A DNA stretch of 55,448 nucleotides from Burkholderiales bacterium (GTDB lineage Bacteria; Pseudomonadota; Gammaproteobacteria; Burkholderiales; SG8-39). Shown here in pieces: positions 38,212 through 48,008 of this stretch (position 1 is the first letter of the stretch; every line of letters starts with the position of its first letter). Location of the stretch: positions 1 to 55,448 of the forward strand of contig JBCKLP010000003.1 in assembly GCA_038903735.1 (NCBI GenBank), read 5' to 3'. The notes under the pieces are model-generated. The model was not told the DNA's origin and searched no databases. It saw only the letters and a list, made by a program, of their open reading frames with translations. The translations under genes were made by a program, and so were the position numbers.

Positions 38212-39521
38212 CCGGCACCGAGATCGGACTGTTGTCGGTTGTCGGTGTGCTGATTCTGGTCTATTCCGGCATGCATGTCGGGGTGGCACTGGGACTGATG
38301 TCTTTCATGGGCATCTGGCTGGTGCGCGGCAACCCCGAAATCGCCGGCAAGATGCTGGCCCTGGCAGCGGCGGAGAGCCTCGCGCAGTATGAATTCGGTG
38401 TGATCCCGCTGTTCGTGCTGATGGGGCTGCTGGTCAGTATTGCAGACCTGGGCAGGGACACCTATGAGGTTGCCAATCAGCTGTTTCGCCGGATGAAGGG
38501 TGGATTGGGGCACGCCACGGTGGTCGCCAACGCGGTGTTCGCCGCCATCACAGGGACCAGCATCGCCTCGGCCTCCGTTTTTACCAAGGTGGCGGTGCCC
38601 GAGATGCTCCGCCACGGCTATACCATACGATTTGCCGTGGGCGTAGTGGCAGGCAGCTCGGTGCTTGGCATGCTGATTCCGCCATCGCTCCTGTTGATCC
38701 TCTTTGGCGTGCTCGCCGAAACCTCGATCGGGCATTTGTTCATCGGCGGCATCCTGCCCGGCATCGTCCTGTCGCTCGCCTATATCATCATGATCGCAGT
38801 TATGGCCTATCGCTTTCCGCACAAAGTCATGACCGCGGCCAGTGAGAAGCTGCCCGAGCTCGAATTGATGTCGATCAGGGAAATGCTGCTCAAGGCGCTG
38901 CCGATCTGCGTGCTGATACTCGCGGTAATCGGCGGCATCTACGCCGGCGTTTTCACCGCCACCGAAGCCGGCGCGGTCGGTGCTGCCGGCGCGCTGGTCA
39001 TCGCGCTCCTGCGACGTCGTATTACCCGGAACAATCTGTGGCAAATTCTCACGGAAACCGGCCACATCACGGCGGCGCTGTGTTTCCTGCTCATTGCGGC
39101 CCATCTCTACACCCGCATGATCACCATCACCGGCATACCCAACGCGCTGGAGGGCGCCGTCACGGGCGCGGGCATGGGGTTCTGGGGATTCACGGCGATT
39201 TACCTGGTGGTGATACTGCTTCTGGGGACCATGCTGGATGCAGGCTCGATCATGCTCATTCTGGTGCCGCTGGCGGTGCCGGTGTTTGCCGCATTTGACG
39301 CCAATCTGATCTGGTTGGGCGTGATCACGGTGCTGGCCGTCGAGATCGGCCTGCTGACACCGCCTTTCGGGCTGGCGGCATTTGTGGTGCATTCAACCCT
39401 GAGTGACAGCAATGTCACGGTTAATGATGTCTTCATGGGTGCGCTCCCATTTGCGGCAACCATGGTGATCGTGCTGGTGCTGGTGGTTGTGTTTCCGCAA
39501 CTGACGCTCGCACTGCTCTGA
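38208..39521 (+). CDS. dctM: TRAP transporter large permease
   Basis: IPLFVLMG, LGMLIPPS, TATEAGA, GLLTPPFG. Confidence 0.93.
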   Translation: MTGTEIGLLSVVGVLILVYSGMHVGVALGLMSFMGIWLVRGNPEIAGKMLALAAAESLAQYEFGVIPLFVLMGLLVSIADLGRDTYEVANQLFRRMKGGLGHATVVANAVFAAITGTSIASASVFTKVAVPEMLRHGYTIRFAVGVVAGSSVLGMLIPPSLLLILFGVLAETSIGHLFIGGILPGIVLSLAYIIMIAVMAYRFPHKVMTAASEKLPELELMSIREMLLKALPICVLILAVIGGIYAGVFTATEAGAVGAAGALVIALLRRRITRNNLWQILTETGHITAALCFLLIAAHLYTRMITITGIPNALEGAVTGAGMGFWGFTAIYLVVILLLGTMLDAGSIMLILVPLAVPVFAAFDANLIWLGVITVLAVEIGLLTPPFGLAAFVVHSTLSDSNVTVNDVFMGALPFAATMVIVLVLVVVFPQLTLALL

Positions 39522-39552
39522 GTCGCTGCGGATTAACGGCGGGAGTTCCTGT

Positions 39553-41256
39553 ATGGCGATACACAAAAAGCCTGCGGCGGGCGACGCGAAGTCACTGCCA
39601 ATGAAAGTGGAAACCGGTGTCTACGCCACCATGCGCGACGGCACCCGCATCGCGCTCAAGATCTACCGCCCGGATGCCGAAGGCGAGTACCCGGCGCTGT
39701 TTGCCGCTTCGCCCTATCAGTACGACACCGACGACCTGCCGCACAGCACGCAGTTCCTGTGGCGCGAGGTCGGCCCGGTCGCCTGGTATGTGGGCCACGG
39801 CTACTGCTATGTGCATGCCGACGTGCGTGGCACTGGAAATTCCGGCGGGGAGTACGGCTTTCTCGATCGCGAGGAGCAGCAGGATTACTACGAGCTGATC
39901 GAGTGGGTGGCCCGCCAGCCCTGGTGCACCGGCAAGGTGGGCGGCATCGGCCAGTCCTACTACGCCTGGTCGCAGTGGTTCATGGGCGTGGTCAATCCGC
40001 CGCACCTGGCCTGTATCGCGCCCTATGACGGCGCGGTCGACCCGTATCGCGGCACCGCCTACCACGGCGGTATCTACTGCGACTTCATGACCATGTGGTA
40101 CAACATGGTGCGCGCCAATAACCTGCACCGTGCCGCCAATGCACCCACCGGCCGCGCCATGCTGCACGACCACGCTTGGGAATACATCCGCCACCAGACC
40201 TATGACGACTGGTGGCGCGAGCGCTCGCCCTTCGAGCGCCTGAAGGAGATCAAGGTGCCGGTCTACTCGATCGGCCATTGGGGAAAGATCGGCCTCCATC
40301 TCTCGGGGAACATCGTTGGCTACGAGGAGGTCACCAGCCCGAAAAAACTGTATGTCACCGCAGCGAAGGACGTGTTCGAGGCGCACGACTTGTTCGATAC
40401 CATTGCGTTTCACGAGCGCGAGCTGAAGCCTTTCTACGACAAGTATCTCAAAGGCATCGACACCGGCTGGGACAAACTGCCCAATGTGCGCCTTGAAGTG
40501 CGCCAGGCGAACCGGGTGCGCGCCTCAAGGCACTGGCCGCTCAAAGAGGCGGAGTACGTTTCCTGGTACCTGCAGTCTGGTCCGACCGGCAGCGTGACCT
40601 CGCTGAACGATGGCGCACTGTCAACCGTGGCGCCGAAGACCGTGGCGCCGAAGAAGGCCAGGGACGCCCAAACCACCAGCTATTCCTATCCCGATCCGAA
40701 ATGGAAGCTTGGCGTCGCGGCCATGGGCCCTTTCGGTCCCGATCCCCTGGCGCGTGTGCTTACCTTCACCACGGAATCGCTGGCTGAGGACATGGAAGTC
40801 AGCGGTCCCATTGTGCTGGAGTTGTATTGCGCCTCCAGCAACACCGACACTGATTTCTTCATAAAGCTCGCCGAGCAGATGCCCCAGGATGAGGTCGGAC
40901 GCAAATCCGGCAGGCCGCCGTTGTCGGTCAATGTCAGCAAGGGCTGGCTGCGCGCATCGCACCGGGAGAAGGACGCGGCGCGCTCGACCGACTGGCGCCC
41001 CTACTACAAGCACGAAAGTCCGCAGCCCATAGAACCGCGCAAGGTCTACCGCTACGATATTGAGGTCAATCCGGCGGCCTACCTGTTCCGCAAGGGGAAC
41101 CGAGTCCGCCTCGAGATTGCCAATGGCGATTCACCGATCACCGATGCGATCTTTACGCACCAGTACTTCTACTACAAGGTCGGCAAGGACACCTTCCACC
41201 ACAGCGCGACCTATCCGTCGCGCCTGATCTTGCCGGTGATCCCAAAAGGGAAATAG
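39553..41256 (+). CDS. CocE/NonD family serine hydrolase
   Basis: MRDGTRIA, DVRGTGNSGG, GQSYY nucleophile, FRKGNRVRLEI. Confidence 0.92.
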   Translation: MAIHKKPAAGDAKSLPMKVETGVYATMRDGTRIALKIYRPDAEGEYPALFAASPYQYDTDDLPHSTQFLWREVGPVAWYVGHGYCYVHADVRGTGNSGGEYGFLDREEQQDYYELIEWVARQPWCTGKVGGIGQSYYAWSQWFMGVVNPPHLACIAPYDGAVDPYRGTAYHGGIYCDFMTMWYNMVRANNLHRAANAPTGRAMLHDHAWEYIRHQTYDDWWRERSPFERLKEIKVPVYSIGHWGKIGLHLSGNIVGYEEVTSPKKLYVTAAKDVFEAHDLFDTIAFHERELKPFYDKYLKGIDTGWDKLPNVRLEVRQANRVRASRHWPLKEAEYVSWYLQSGPTGSVTSLNDGALSTVAPKTVAPKKARDAQTTSYSYPDPKWKLGVAAMGPFGPDPLARVLTFTTESLAEDMEVSGPIVLELYCASSNTDTDFFIKLAEQMPQDEVGRKSGRPPLSVNVSKGWLRASHREKDAARSTDWRPYYKHESPQPIEPRKVYRYDIEVNPAAYLFRKGNRVRLEIANGDSPITDAIFTHQYFYYKVGKDTFHHSATYPSRLILPVIPKGK

Positions 41257-41280
41257 GGTCCTCTGCGGGGCCGTTCCGCC

Positions 41281-42252
41281 TCAGGCCAGGAGTTTCCTGA
41301 CGGCGGCAACCACCTTGGCGGCGTCCGGCGTCAATTCGTCCTCGATGGGCGTGCTGAAGGGAATGGGCACATCGGGGCGGGTGATGCGCACCGGTGCTGC
41401 CTTCAAGAGGCCGAAGCCCTTTTCTGCGATGGTCGCTGTGATCTCCGCGGCTACACCGCAGCGCAGCGGGCATTCGTCCACCACCAGCAGCCTCCCGGTG
41501 CGCGCCACCGATTCGAGCAGGGTTTTCTCATCGAAGGGCGTGAGAGTGCGCGGATCGACCACCTCGGCTTCAATGCCTTCCTTCGCCAGAATTTCGGCAG
41601 CCTGCAAGGCGATCACTACCATCAGCGAAGTCGCCACGATGGTGACATCGCGCCCTTTCCTCTTGATGTCGGCCTGACCGAAGGGCGTGACATGCAGGCC
41701 CTCCGGCACCGGGCCTTCCACACCCATCAGCCTTGCATGGGTCAGGAAGAAAGTCGGATTGGGGCTGCGGAATGCCGCGAGCAGCAGGCCTTTCGCATCG
41801 GCGGGCGAGGAGGGCAAGGCGATCTGCATGCCCGGCACATTCCAGAGCATCGCCTGCGGGCTGCCGCTGTGCTGCGCGGCGCCGTTGCCGCGCACCCCGT
41901 GCAGGCCGTAATAGACCACCGGCGCGGTGAGCAGGCCGTTCGTCATGTGGTGCACATTGGGTGCGTCGTTGACAATCTGCGACCAGCCCACATAGCTGAA
42001 TATCGAGGTGGACAGGTTGATGAACGGCCGCTCGCCCAGCATCGCCGCGCCCGCGCCCATGCCGGCAATGGCGCCTTCAGAATTGGGCGGATCGAAAACG
42101 CGATCGTGAAAATCGGCGTAGATGCGGTCCATCAGTGCGCGGTGCGGGCCGAAGCCCACCGGATGCCCGGAGATGATGCTTACCTTCTCGTCGCTTGCCA
42201 GCGCTTCATAAAGGCCGTCGACCAGGGCGGCGGCATAGCTCATCTGTTTCAT
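41281..42252 (-). CDS. 2-oxoacid/acetoin dehydrogenase E1 beta-like subunit
   Basis: DPPNSE, AAQHS, PADAKGLL, EVVDPRTL. Confidence 0.88.
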   Translation of the reverse strand: MKQMSYAAALVDGLYEALASDEKVSIISGHPVGFGPHRALMDRIYADFHDRVFDPPNSEGAIAGMGAGAAMLGERPFINLSTSIFSYVGWSQIVNDAPNVHHMTNGLLTAPVVYYGLHGVRGNGAAQHSGSPQAMLWNVPGMQIALPSSPADAKGLLLAAFRSPNPTFFLTHARLMGVEGPVPEGLHVTPFGQADIKRKGRDVTIVATSLMVVIALQAAEILAKEGIEAEVVDPRTLTPFDEKTLLESVARTGRLLVVDECPLRCGVAAEITATIAEKGFGLLKAAPVRITRPDVPIPFSTPIEDELTPDAAKVVAAVRKLLA

Positions 42253-42325
42253 GTGAAATTCCCGAATTATTGATTATTCCCAAAAACAGGTCAGCCTCGT
42301 CAGAGGCATGTTTTTGTGATGAATT

Positions 42326-42373
42326 ACGAATTTCTCGACGAATTTCTCGACGAATTTCTCGACGAATTTCTCG
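42326..42373. repeat. 12-bp perfect tandem repeat, four copies
   Basis: ACGAATTTCTCG x4 between the E1 alpha and beta genes. Confidence 0.95.
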
Positions 42374-42386
42374 ATACTGTCTGTGT

Positions 42387-43424
42387 TCAGGCGAACACGT
42401 GTTCATAAGCGCTGCGCGGCTCGGGCAGCGGGCTGGCAATGGCAAACTGTGCCGCGCGCTCGACCTCCTCGCAGACTTTTTTATCAAGGGCCATGAGGCT
42501 TTCCTTGTCCATCAGCCCGGAGGCGATGAATTCACCTGCCATGCGCAGCACCGGGTCGTGATCACGCACCCAGCCGGCATGCTCCCCCTCAATGGGTACT
42601 TCGCCCCAGACCATGCGCAGGTCCATCACGCCGGTGAGCATCTGCGCAAATACCCTATTGCTGCCCGGCCAGTGCACGCTCTGCAGTTCGCAAAACACCG
42701 GGCCGTTGCCCTCGCGGCACCAGGCAACCGCCTCGCGCGCGCGGGCCACCTTGGTGGCGATGTCGTCACCCTCCAGCAGCGGCACGGTTCTGACCCCGAA
42801 CAGATCGGGTATGCGGTTGAACTGGGTGAGCACGCTGTTGGAGGCCGAGTAGCCGCCCTCGTGCAGCGCGATGGCGCCCAGATTGTTGTTTTCCAGCGCA
42901 AACACCACCGGCAGCTTGCGCATGGCGGCAATGTTCATGACTTCGAAGGTGATTCCCTCTTCCAGTGAGGCATCGCCGAAGAACACCGTGGCAACCTTTT
43001 TCTGACCGGAGCGCTTGATGGCGTAACCGGCGCCCAGCGCCAGCGAGATATTGCTGCCGAGGATGGCTGAGGTCATCAGAAACCCACGCTCGGGATCACA
43101 CATATGCACCGAGCCGCCGCGCCCGCCGGTCAGGCCGTTGGCCTTGCCCATCAACTCGGAGAAGGAGCGCCCGAGGTCGCTGCCGCGGCCCACCACGTGC
43201 CCGTGGCCGCGGTGATTGGTGAGCAGCTTGTCCTCCTCACGCAGGGCCTCCAGGATCGCCGAGCCGCCGGCCTCCTGTCCGATATACAGGTGGTACATGC
43301 CAGGCATGAGTTTCTGCTGGTAAAGCTCGAGGGTCTTTTCTTCGAAGCGGCGCATTACCAGCATGCGCTCGGCCATGCGCAGCGCAGTGGCCTTGTCGAG
43401 GGGTGGAACGGGAGTCGATGTCAT
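42387..43424 (-). CDS. 2-oxoacid/acetoin dehydrogenase E1 alpha-like subunit
   Basis: HLYIGQEA, HRGHGH, GRGGSVH, FFGDAS...ENN. Confidence 0.88.
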   Translation of the reverse strand: MTSTPVPPLDKATALRMAERMLVMRRFEEKTLELYQQKLMPGMYHLYIGQEAGGSAILEALREEDKLLTNHRGHGHVVGRGSDLGRSFSELMGKANGLTGGRGGSVHMCDPERGFLMTSAILGSNISLALGAGYAIKRSGQKKVATVFFGDASLEEGITFEVMNIAAMRKLPVVFALENNNLGAIALHEGGYSASNSVLTQFNRIPDLFGVRTVPLLEGDDIATKVARAREAVAWCREGNGPVFCELQSVHWPGSNRVFAQMLTGVMDLRMVWGEVPIEGEHAGWVRDHDPVLRMAGEFIASGLMDKESLMALDKKVCEEVERAAQFAIASPLPEPRSAYEHVFA

Positions 43425-43602
43425 GGGTATTCGCCTGGCGGATTGTGTTTTCGGGTCAGTGAGTTGTGGTGCGCATTGCCCCGGTCAAACTGATACCGAG
43501 GCACGACGCGCCTTGTGTAATCCTGCACTCAGAATCTCCCCCGTCGTCCCGGAGAGAAAGCGAGAGGCTGCAATCTAACCGGAAGCCCATTGCGAGGCAA
43601 CA

Positions 43603-43644
43603 GAAAATCATTGCCTGAAAATCGTTGCCAGAAAACCGTTGTCT
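43603..43644. repeat. Imperfect 14-bp tandem repeat, three copies, in a divergent promoter region
   Basis: GAAAATCATTGCCT / GAAAATCGTTGCCA / GAAAACCGTTGTCT. Confidence 0.6.
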
Positions 43645-43778
43645 ATCACCTTGATTTGCGGACCTAAGCGCGTACCACGGTTTGGACTTGGCTATCTATT
43701 TGTCCGGATAAACCAAACTTGGTAAAAACGCTTACTCTCCGGGTCTGAACCAGAATCCATCGCTGAAAGGAAATTTTC

Positions 43779-43952
43779 TTGGCCAAACCCAATTACGACT
43801 TTGCCAAGCGCCAACGCGAACTTGCCAAGGCGCAAAAGAAGGAAGCCAAGCGCCTGAAAAAGGTGGCAGCCACCGAGGAGGCCGTCAAGGCCGATACCCC
43901 GGGCGAGACGGATGCCGTGTCGCCGCCTACGGACAAAGCGTCAGGCAGCTAA
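43779..43952 (+). CDS. Small hypothetical protein (57 aa) with a basic N-terminal half
   Basis: AAAGGA RBS, TTG start, AKPNYDFAKRQRELAKAQKKEAKRLKK; below the ORF-track cutoff. Confidence 0.75.
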   Translation: MAKPNYDFAKRQRELAKAQKKEAKRLKKVAATEEAVKADTPGETDAVSPPTDKASGS

Positions 43953-44326
43953 GAAAGCGGTGCCCCTCCAGCGGGGGCGCCAGACCCGGGTTTGACCCGG
44001 GCAGTTCCTGTTTCGCGCATTTACGCAGAATTATTCCCAGGCGGCAAGGCATCGCGACAGGCATCGTGGATGCCACTCAGCCTTATCTGGCATTCCGCTA
44101 TGGAAACTGAGGCCTATCATTTTCCAGTTCGAGAAAGCTAGCGCAGCATAGCTGTGCTCGCATCCGGCCGGGCCGTGCGGCGCCGGATGTTCCTCTGCAA
44201 GGTGAAATGATTTCCAGCACAATGTGCCAAGGCAGTTCGGGCGCAGACGTCTGAACCGCGGCCCTGCGCCCTACCTGCGCGGGCATACCCGGTATTTATT
44301 GAGCAGCGCACTGGAGAGAGCACATC

Positions 44327-45343
44327 ATGGCAAAGATCGTATTAGGCATGTGGACCACGCACGGTCCGACCCTCGGAACGAGCGCCGAGCAATGGCCCAA
44401 CCGCATAGCGGCGGACAAGATGAACATCCACCCCTTCCGCCTGAAGGACTACACCTTCGACCAATTGGTCGAACTGCGTAAGGACGAGAACCTGGCTGCG
44501 CAGTGCACGTTGGAGGAGCGCCAGAAGCGCAAGGCGCGCTGCGATGCCGGCATCCAGATAATGGCCGACAAGTGGGAGGAGATGAAGCCCGATGTCTGCG
44601 TCATCATGGGCAACGATCAGCATGAAATGATGCTCACCGACCTGATGCCGGCCTTGACGGTGTTCTGTGGTGACACCATCTGGAACGAGCCGGTGCCCGA
44701 GCAGCACATACCCAAGATGCCGCCAGGCATACACGAGGCGAGCTGGTCGCACAATCCGCCGGAGCACACCGAGTATCCGGGCCTGCGCGAGCTCGCGGAG
44801 AAGATCACCCGAAAGGGCATCAAGAACAATTTCGACCTGGGCGTGTCCTACGAAATTCCGCGCAACCCGGATCATTACTCCAACGGCATTGGGCATGCGT
44901 TTGGATTTGTCTATCGCCGCATCATGCGCGACAAGGTGGTGCCCAATGTGCCGCTGATGGCCAATACCTTCTACCCGCCCAATCAGCCGACTGCCGCTCG
45001 CCTGTACAACTTCGGCGAACTGGTGGGCGAGGTGATCGATTCCTGGGACAAGGACCTGCGCGTGGCGGTGATCGGCTCGGGCGGCATGACGCATTTCTGT
45101 ATCGACGAGGAGTTCGATAACCGATTCTTCGACGCCTTCAGGAACAAGGATGCGAAGACGCTCACCGAAATCGACGACGGCTGGTTCCAGTCGGGCACCT
45201 CGGAGCTGAAGAACTGGATACACGCAGCCGGTTGCCTGTTCAATTCGGGCCTGAAGGGCGCGCCGACCGTGGTGGACTACGTTCCCTGCTACCGCTCGGC
45301 GGCCGGCACCGGCACGGCCAACGGCTTCGTGTACTGGACCTGA
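44327..45343 (+). CDS. LigB-superfamily extradiol dioxygenase, LigZ-like
   Basis: THGP, GNDQ, HAFGFVYRRIMRD, NTFYPPNQPT, SGGMTHF, DYVPCYRSAAGTG match LigZ as I recall it. Confidence 0.85.
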   Translation: MAKIVLGMWTTHGPTLGTSAEQWPNRIAADKMNIHPFRLKDYTFDQLVELRKDENLAAQCTLEERQKRKARCDAGIQIMADKWEEMKPDVCVIMGNDQHEMMLTDLMPALTVFCGDTIWNEPVPEQHIPKMPPGIHEASWSHNPPEHTEYPGLRELAEKITRKGIKNNFDLGVSYEIPRNPDHYSNGIGHAFGFVYRRIMRDKVVPNVPLMANTFYPPNQPTAARLYNFGELVGEVIDSWDKDLRVAVIGSGGMTHFCIDEEFDNRFFDAFRNKDAKTLTEIDDGWFQSGTSELKNWIHAAGCLFNSGLKGAPTVVDYVPCYRSAAGTGTANGFVYWT

Positions 45344-45464
45344 TACCTGTAATGGAATGGAAAATGGCCTGCAAGGCAGGGTATCTGGCTACTTTAATTA
45401 TTGAAAGTTCGTAATTACAGCGGAAGCCGGGCATCCGGCGGAAGCGTTCACAAGGAAGCCGAGA

Positions 45465-46778
45465 ATGAGCACCCAGAGCGAAAACGACACCCTGACCCAG
45501 GTCGGACCCGGCACCCCCATGGGCGAACTTATGCGCCAGTACTGGGTGCCGGCCGCAATGTCCTCGGAGCTGAAGGCCGATGGCGATCCGATGCGCCTGA
45601 TGCTGCTCGGCGAGAAGCTGGTGGCGTTTCGCGATTCCGAAGGCCGCATCGGTATTTTCGACCATCGCTGTCCGCACCGGCGGGCGTCACTCTTTTTCGG
45701 GCGTAATGAGCAGGGCGGCATCCGCTGCGTTTATCACGGCTGGAAGTTCGATATCACCGGCAAATGCCTGGAGACCCTGAACGTGCCCGATCCGGCGTTC
45801 AGGGATCGCGTCCACGCCAAAGCCTATCGCGTCGCCGAGCGGAACGGCCTGATCTACGCGTTCATGGGGGATGCCAAAGTGCTGCCGCCGCTCCCGGAGG
45901 TGGATCCGGCGCTGGCCGCTGCCGACGATGTGGATATCCAGTTTGAATTCCGCGAATGCAACTGGCTGCAGGCGGTGGAGGGGGAACTGGACACCAGCCA
46001 CGTGGGCATCATGCATTTTGGCGCGGTGAGCACGGCGGATTTTTCCGGGGACCGGCACCAGCAACACCTGGTCGCCAACCGTGCGCCGGAGTATCAGATC
46101 GAGGAAACCGAGTACGGCTATATCTACGGGGCGCACCGTCCGGCCGACGACGGGCAGCTCTACTGGCGCATCGGCCAGTTCCTGATGCCGTTCTGGACCA
46201 TGCCGCCGATCAACCATCTTTCGACCAATGTGCTGACGCGGGTGTACGTGCCGGTGGATGACCATCACACCATGGTGGTCGCCATCGTGAAAAAAGGCGC
46301 TTATCCGCCTGCGCGCTTGAAGCTGAACGAGTCCATTGTGGGCGCCTCGCAGAACTATCCCTACCTGCCCAACTCCACCGACTGGCTGGGCCGCTGGCGG
46401 CTGCGCCTCTCCCAGCGCAACGATTACGAAATCGACCGCGAGGTGCAGCGCACCCAAAGTTTCACCGGCATTGAGGGTGTGCAGATGCAGGACCAGGCGA
46501 TCCAGGAAGGCATGGGGCCGATTGCCGACCGCCCCGGCGAGCAGCTCGCGCCCAGCGACATCATGATCGTACGGGTGCGCCGCCTGCTGATGCGCGCGGC
46601 GCTTGACTTCAAGGAGAGCGGAAAATTGCCCGCCACCACCACGCGCCCGGACCTTTACCGGCAGACCCGCGGCGGCTTTTTTCTGGCCCCGCGCGAGCGC
46701 AACTGGCGCGAGGCCTATGCCGAAACCGTCAACAATTCGCCCTGGGAGACCGTGGGCAAAGAGGCAGCCACTGCATGA
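45465..46778 (+). CDS. Rieske oxygenase, phthalate 4,5-dioxygenase-like
   Basis: VGPGTPMGELMRQYW, CPHRRA...CVYHGW, EGELDTSHVGIMH, QDQAIQE. Confidence 0.92.
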   Translation: MSTQSENDTLTQVGPGTPMGELMRQYWVPAAMSSELKADGDPMRLMLLGEKLVAFRDSEGRIGIFDHRCPHRRASLFFGRNEQGGIRCVYHGWKFDITGKCLETLNVPDPAFRDRVHAKAYRVAERNGLIYAFMGDAKVLPPLPEVDPALAAADDVDIQFEFRECNWLQAVEGELDTSHVGIMHFGAVSTADFSGDRHQQHLVANRAPEYQIEETEYGYIYGAHRPADDGQLYWRIGQFLMPFWTMPPINHLSTNVLTRVYVPVDDHHTMVVAIVKKGAYPPARLKLNESIVGASQNYPYLPNSTDWLGRWRLRLSQRNDYEIDREVQRTQSFTGIEGVQMQDQAIQEGMGPIADRPGEQLAPSDIMIVRVRRLLMRAALDFKESGKLPATTTRPDLYRQTRGGFFLAPRERNWREAYAETVNNSPWETVGKEAATA

Positions 46779-47596
46779 GCGACAAGCTGAAACTCTATAC
46801 TGCACGCAACTCCATCTGCACCCAGAAAGTCTTCCTCACTCTCTACGAAAAAAATCTTGATTGGGACCAGAGCAACGTCGATCTGTTCAAGAACGAGCAG
46901 TACAAGCCGGAGTACCTGAAGCTCAATCCCAAGGGCGTGGTGCCCACGCTGGTGCATCAGGGCGTGCCTATTGTGGAATCCACGCTGATCTGCGAATACC
47001 TGGACGAGGTGTTCGCCGAGCCGCCGCTGCGGCCCGCGGACGCCGCCGGCCGCGCGCGCATGCGCCTGTGGAGCAAGGCCATCGACGAGGGCATCTTCGA
47101 GGCCACACGCGAGATCAGCTTTTCAGCCATGTTCCGCGAAGCCCTGCGCAATATGACGGAAGAGCAGCGCCAGACACGCTTTCGCAACGTCGGCGACCCG
47201 GAGCGGCGCGCGCGCTACATCTCCACCTACGAGGAGGGCGTCGAGTCCGTGTACGTGTTTCAGGGCATCGCCGCCTACGAGAAACTCTTCAAATCCATGG
47301 AAAGCGAACTTGCAGGCAAGGGGCCCTGGCTGGGTGGTGCGCAGTTTTCGCTCGGTGACATCAACCTCATGCCTTTCCTTGCGCGCCTGGAAAATCTCAA
47401 CCTCCTTGATGTCTGGACCAGCGAGCGCCCCGGCGTGCAGGCCTGGTGGGCGCGCGCCAAGGCGCGCCCGAGCTACGCCACTGCCATCGCCGGCAAGCTC
47501 ACGCCGGAGGACATGGCGGCGATGAAAGGCCACGGCAGCAAGATCAGGGACAGGGTGCGCGAGCGGCGCACGGAGTATCTGGCGCAGATCGCTTGA
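46775..47596 (+). CDS. Glutathione S-transferase family protein
   Basis: SICTQKV, LNPKGVVPTL, ESTLICEYLDE; ATGA overlap with the Rieske gene. Confidence 0.92.
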   Translation: MSDKLKLYTARNSICTQKVFLTLYEKNLDWDQSNVDLFKNEQYKPEYLKLNPKGVVPTLVHQGVPIVESTLICEYLDEVFAEPPLRPADAAGRARMRLWSKAIDEGIFEATREISFSAMFREALRNMTEEQRQTRFRNVGDPERRARYISTYEEGVESVYVFQGIAAYEKLFKSMESELAGKGPWLGGAQFSLGDINLMPFLARLENLNLLDVWTSERPGVQAWWARAKARPSYATAIAGKLTPEDMAAMKGHGSKIRDRVRERRTEYLAQIA

Positions 47597-47793
47597 GGCG
47601 GCGAAACATCAGATCACGCGGGAGAAACAGCGCCACGCTAGTTGGCCGAGGGTGTCGGCGCTTCAATGCTCGGCATGGGCGGCCGCAGGTGGGCCAGCAC
47701 TGCATCGAGGATTCCCGAGTCCGAGCGGTTTGCCGGGCCCGGCCCGAACACGAAAAAAATTTGCCGGCTATCCATCCGCCAGGATTTCAAACC

Positions 47794-47925
47794 TTGATCG
47801 CGCTCACCGCGTTCGCGATGAAAGGTGACGATGAGAAGATGCGCACCGCGGGCTGCGACGGCTACCTTGCCAAGCCCCACGGGCACCGCGAGCTGCTGGA
47901 GGCGGTGCGAGAGGTTCTCAAATGA
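47794..47925 (+). pseudogene. Receiver-domain (DivK-like) C-terminal remnant
   Basis: IALTAFAMKGDDEKMRTAGCDGYLAKP. Confidence 0.75.
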
Positions 47926-48008
47926 AATCGGCGCCGGCCCCCGGCCAGATACCGCGCCGGACGGTGATCGGCATTGCGCTGGTATTTGCGGCGAACCCAA
48001 TGACTCGC

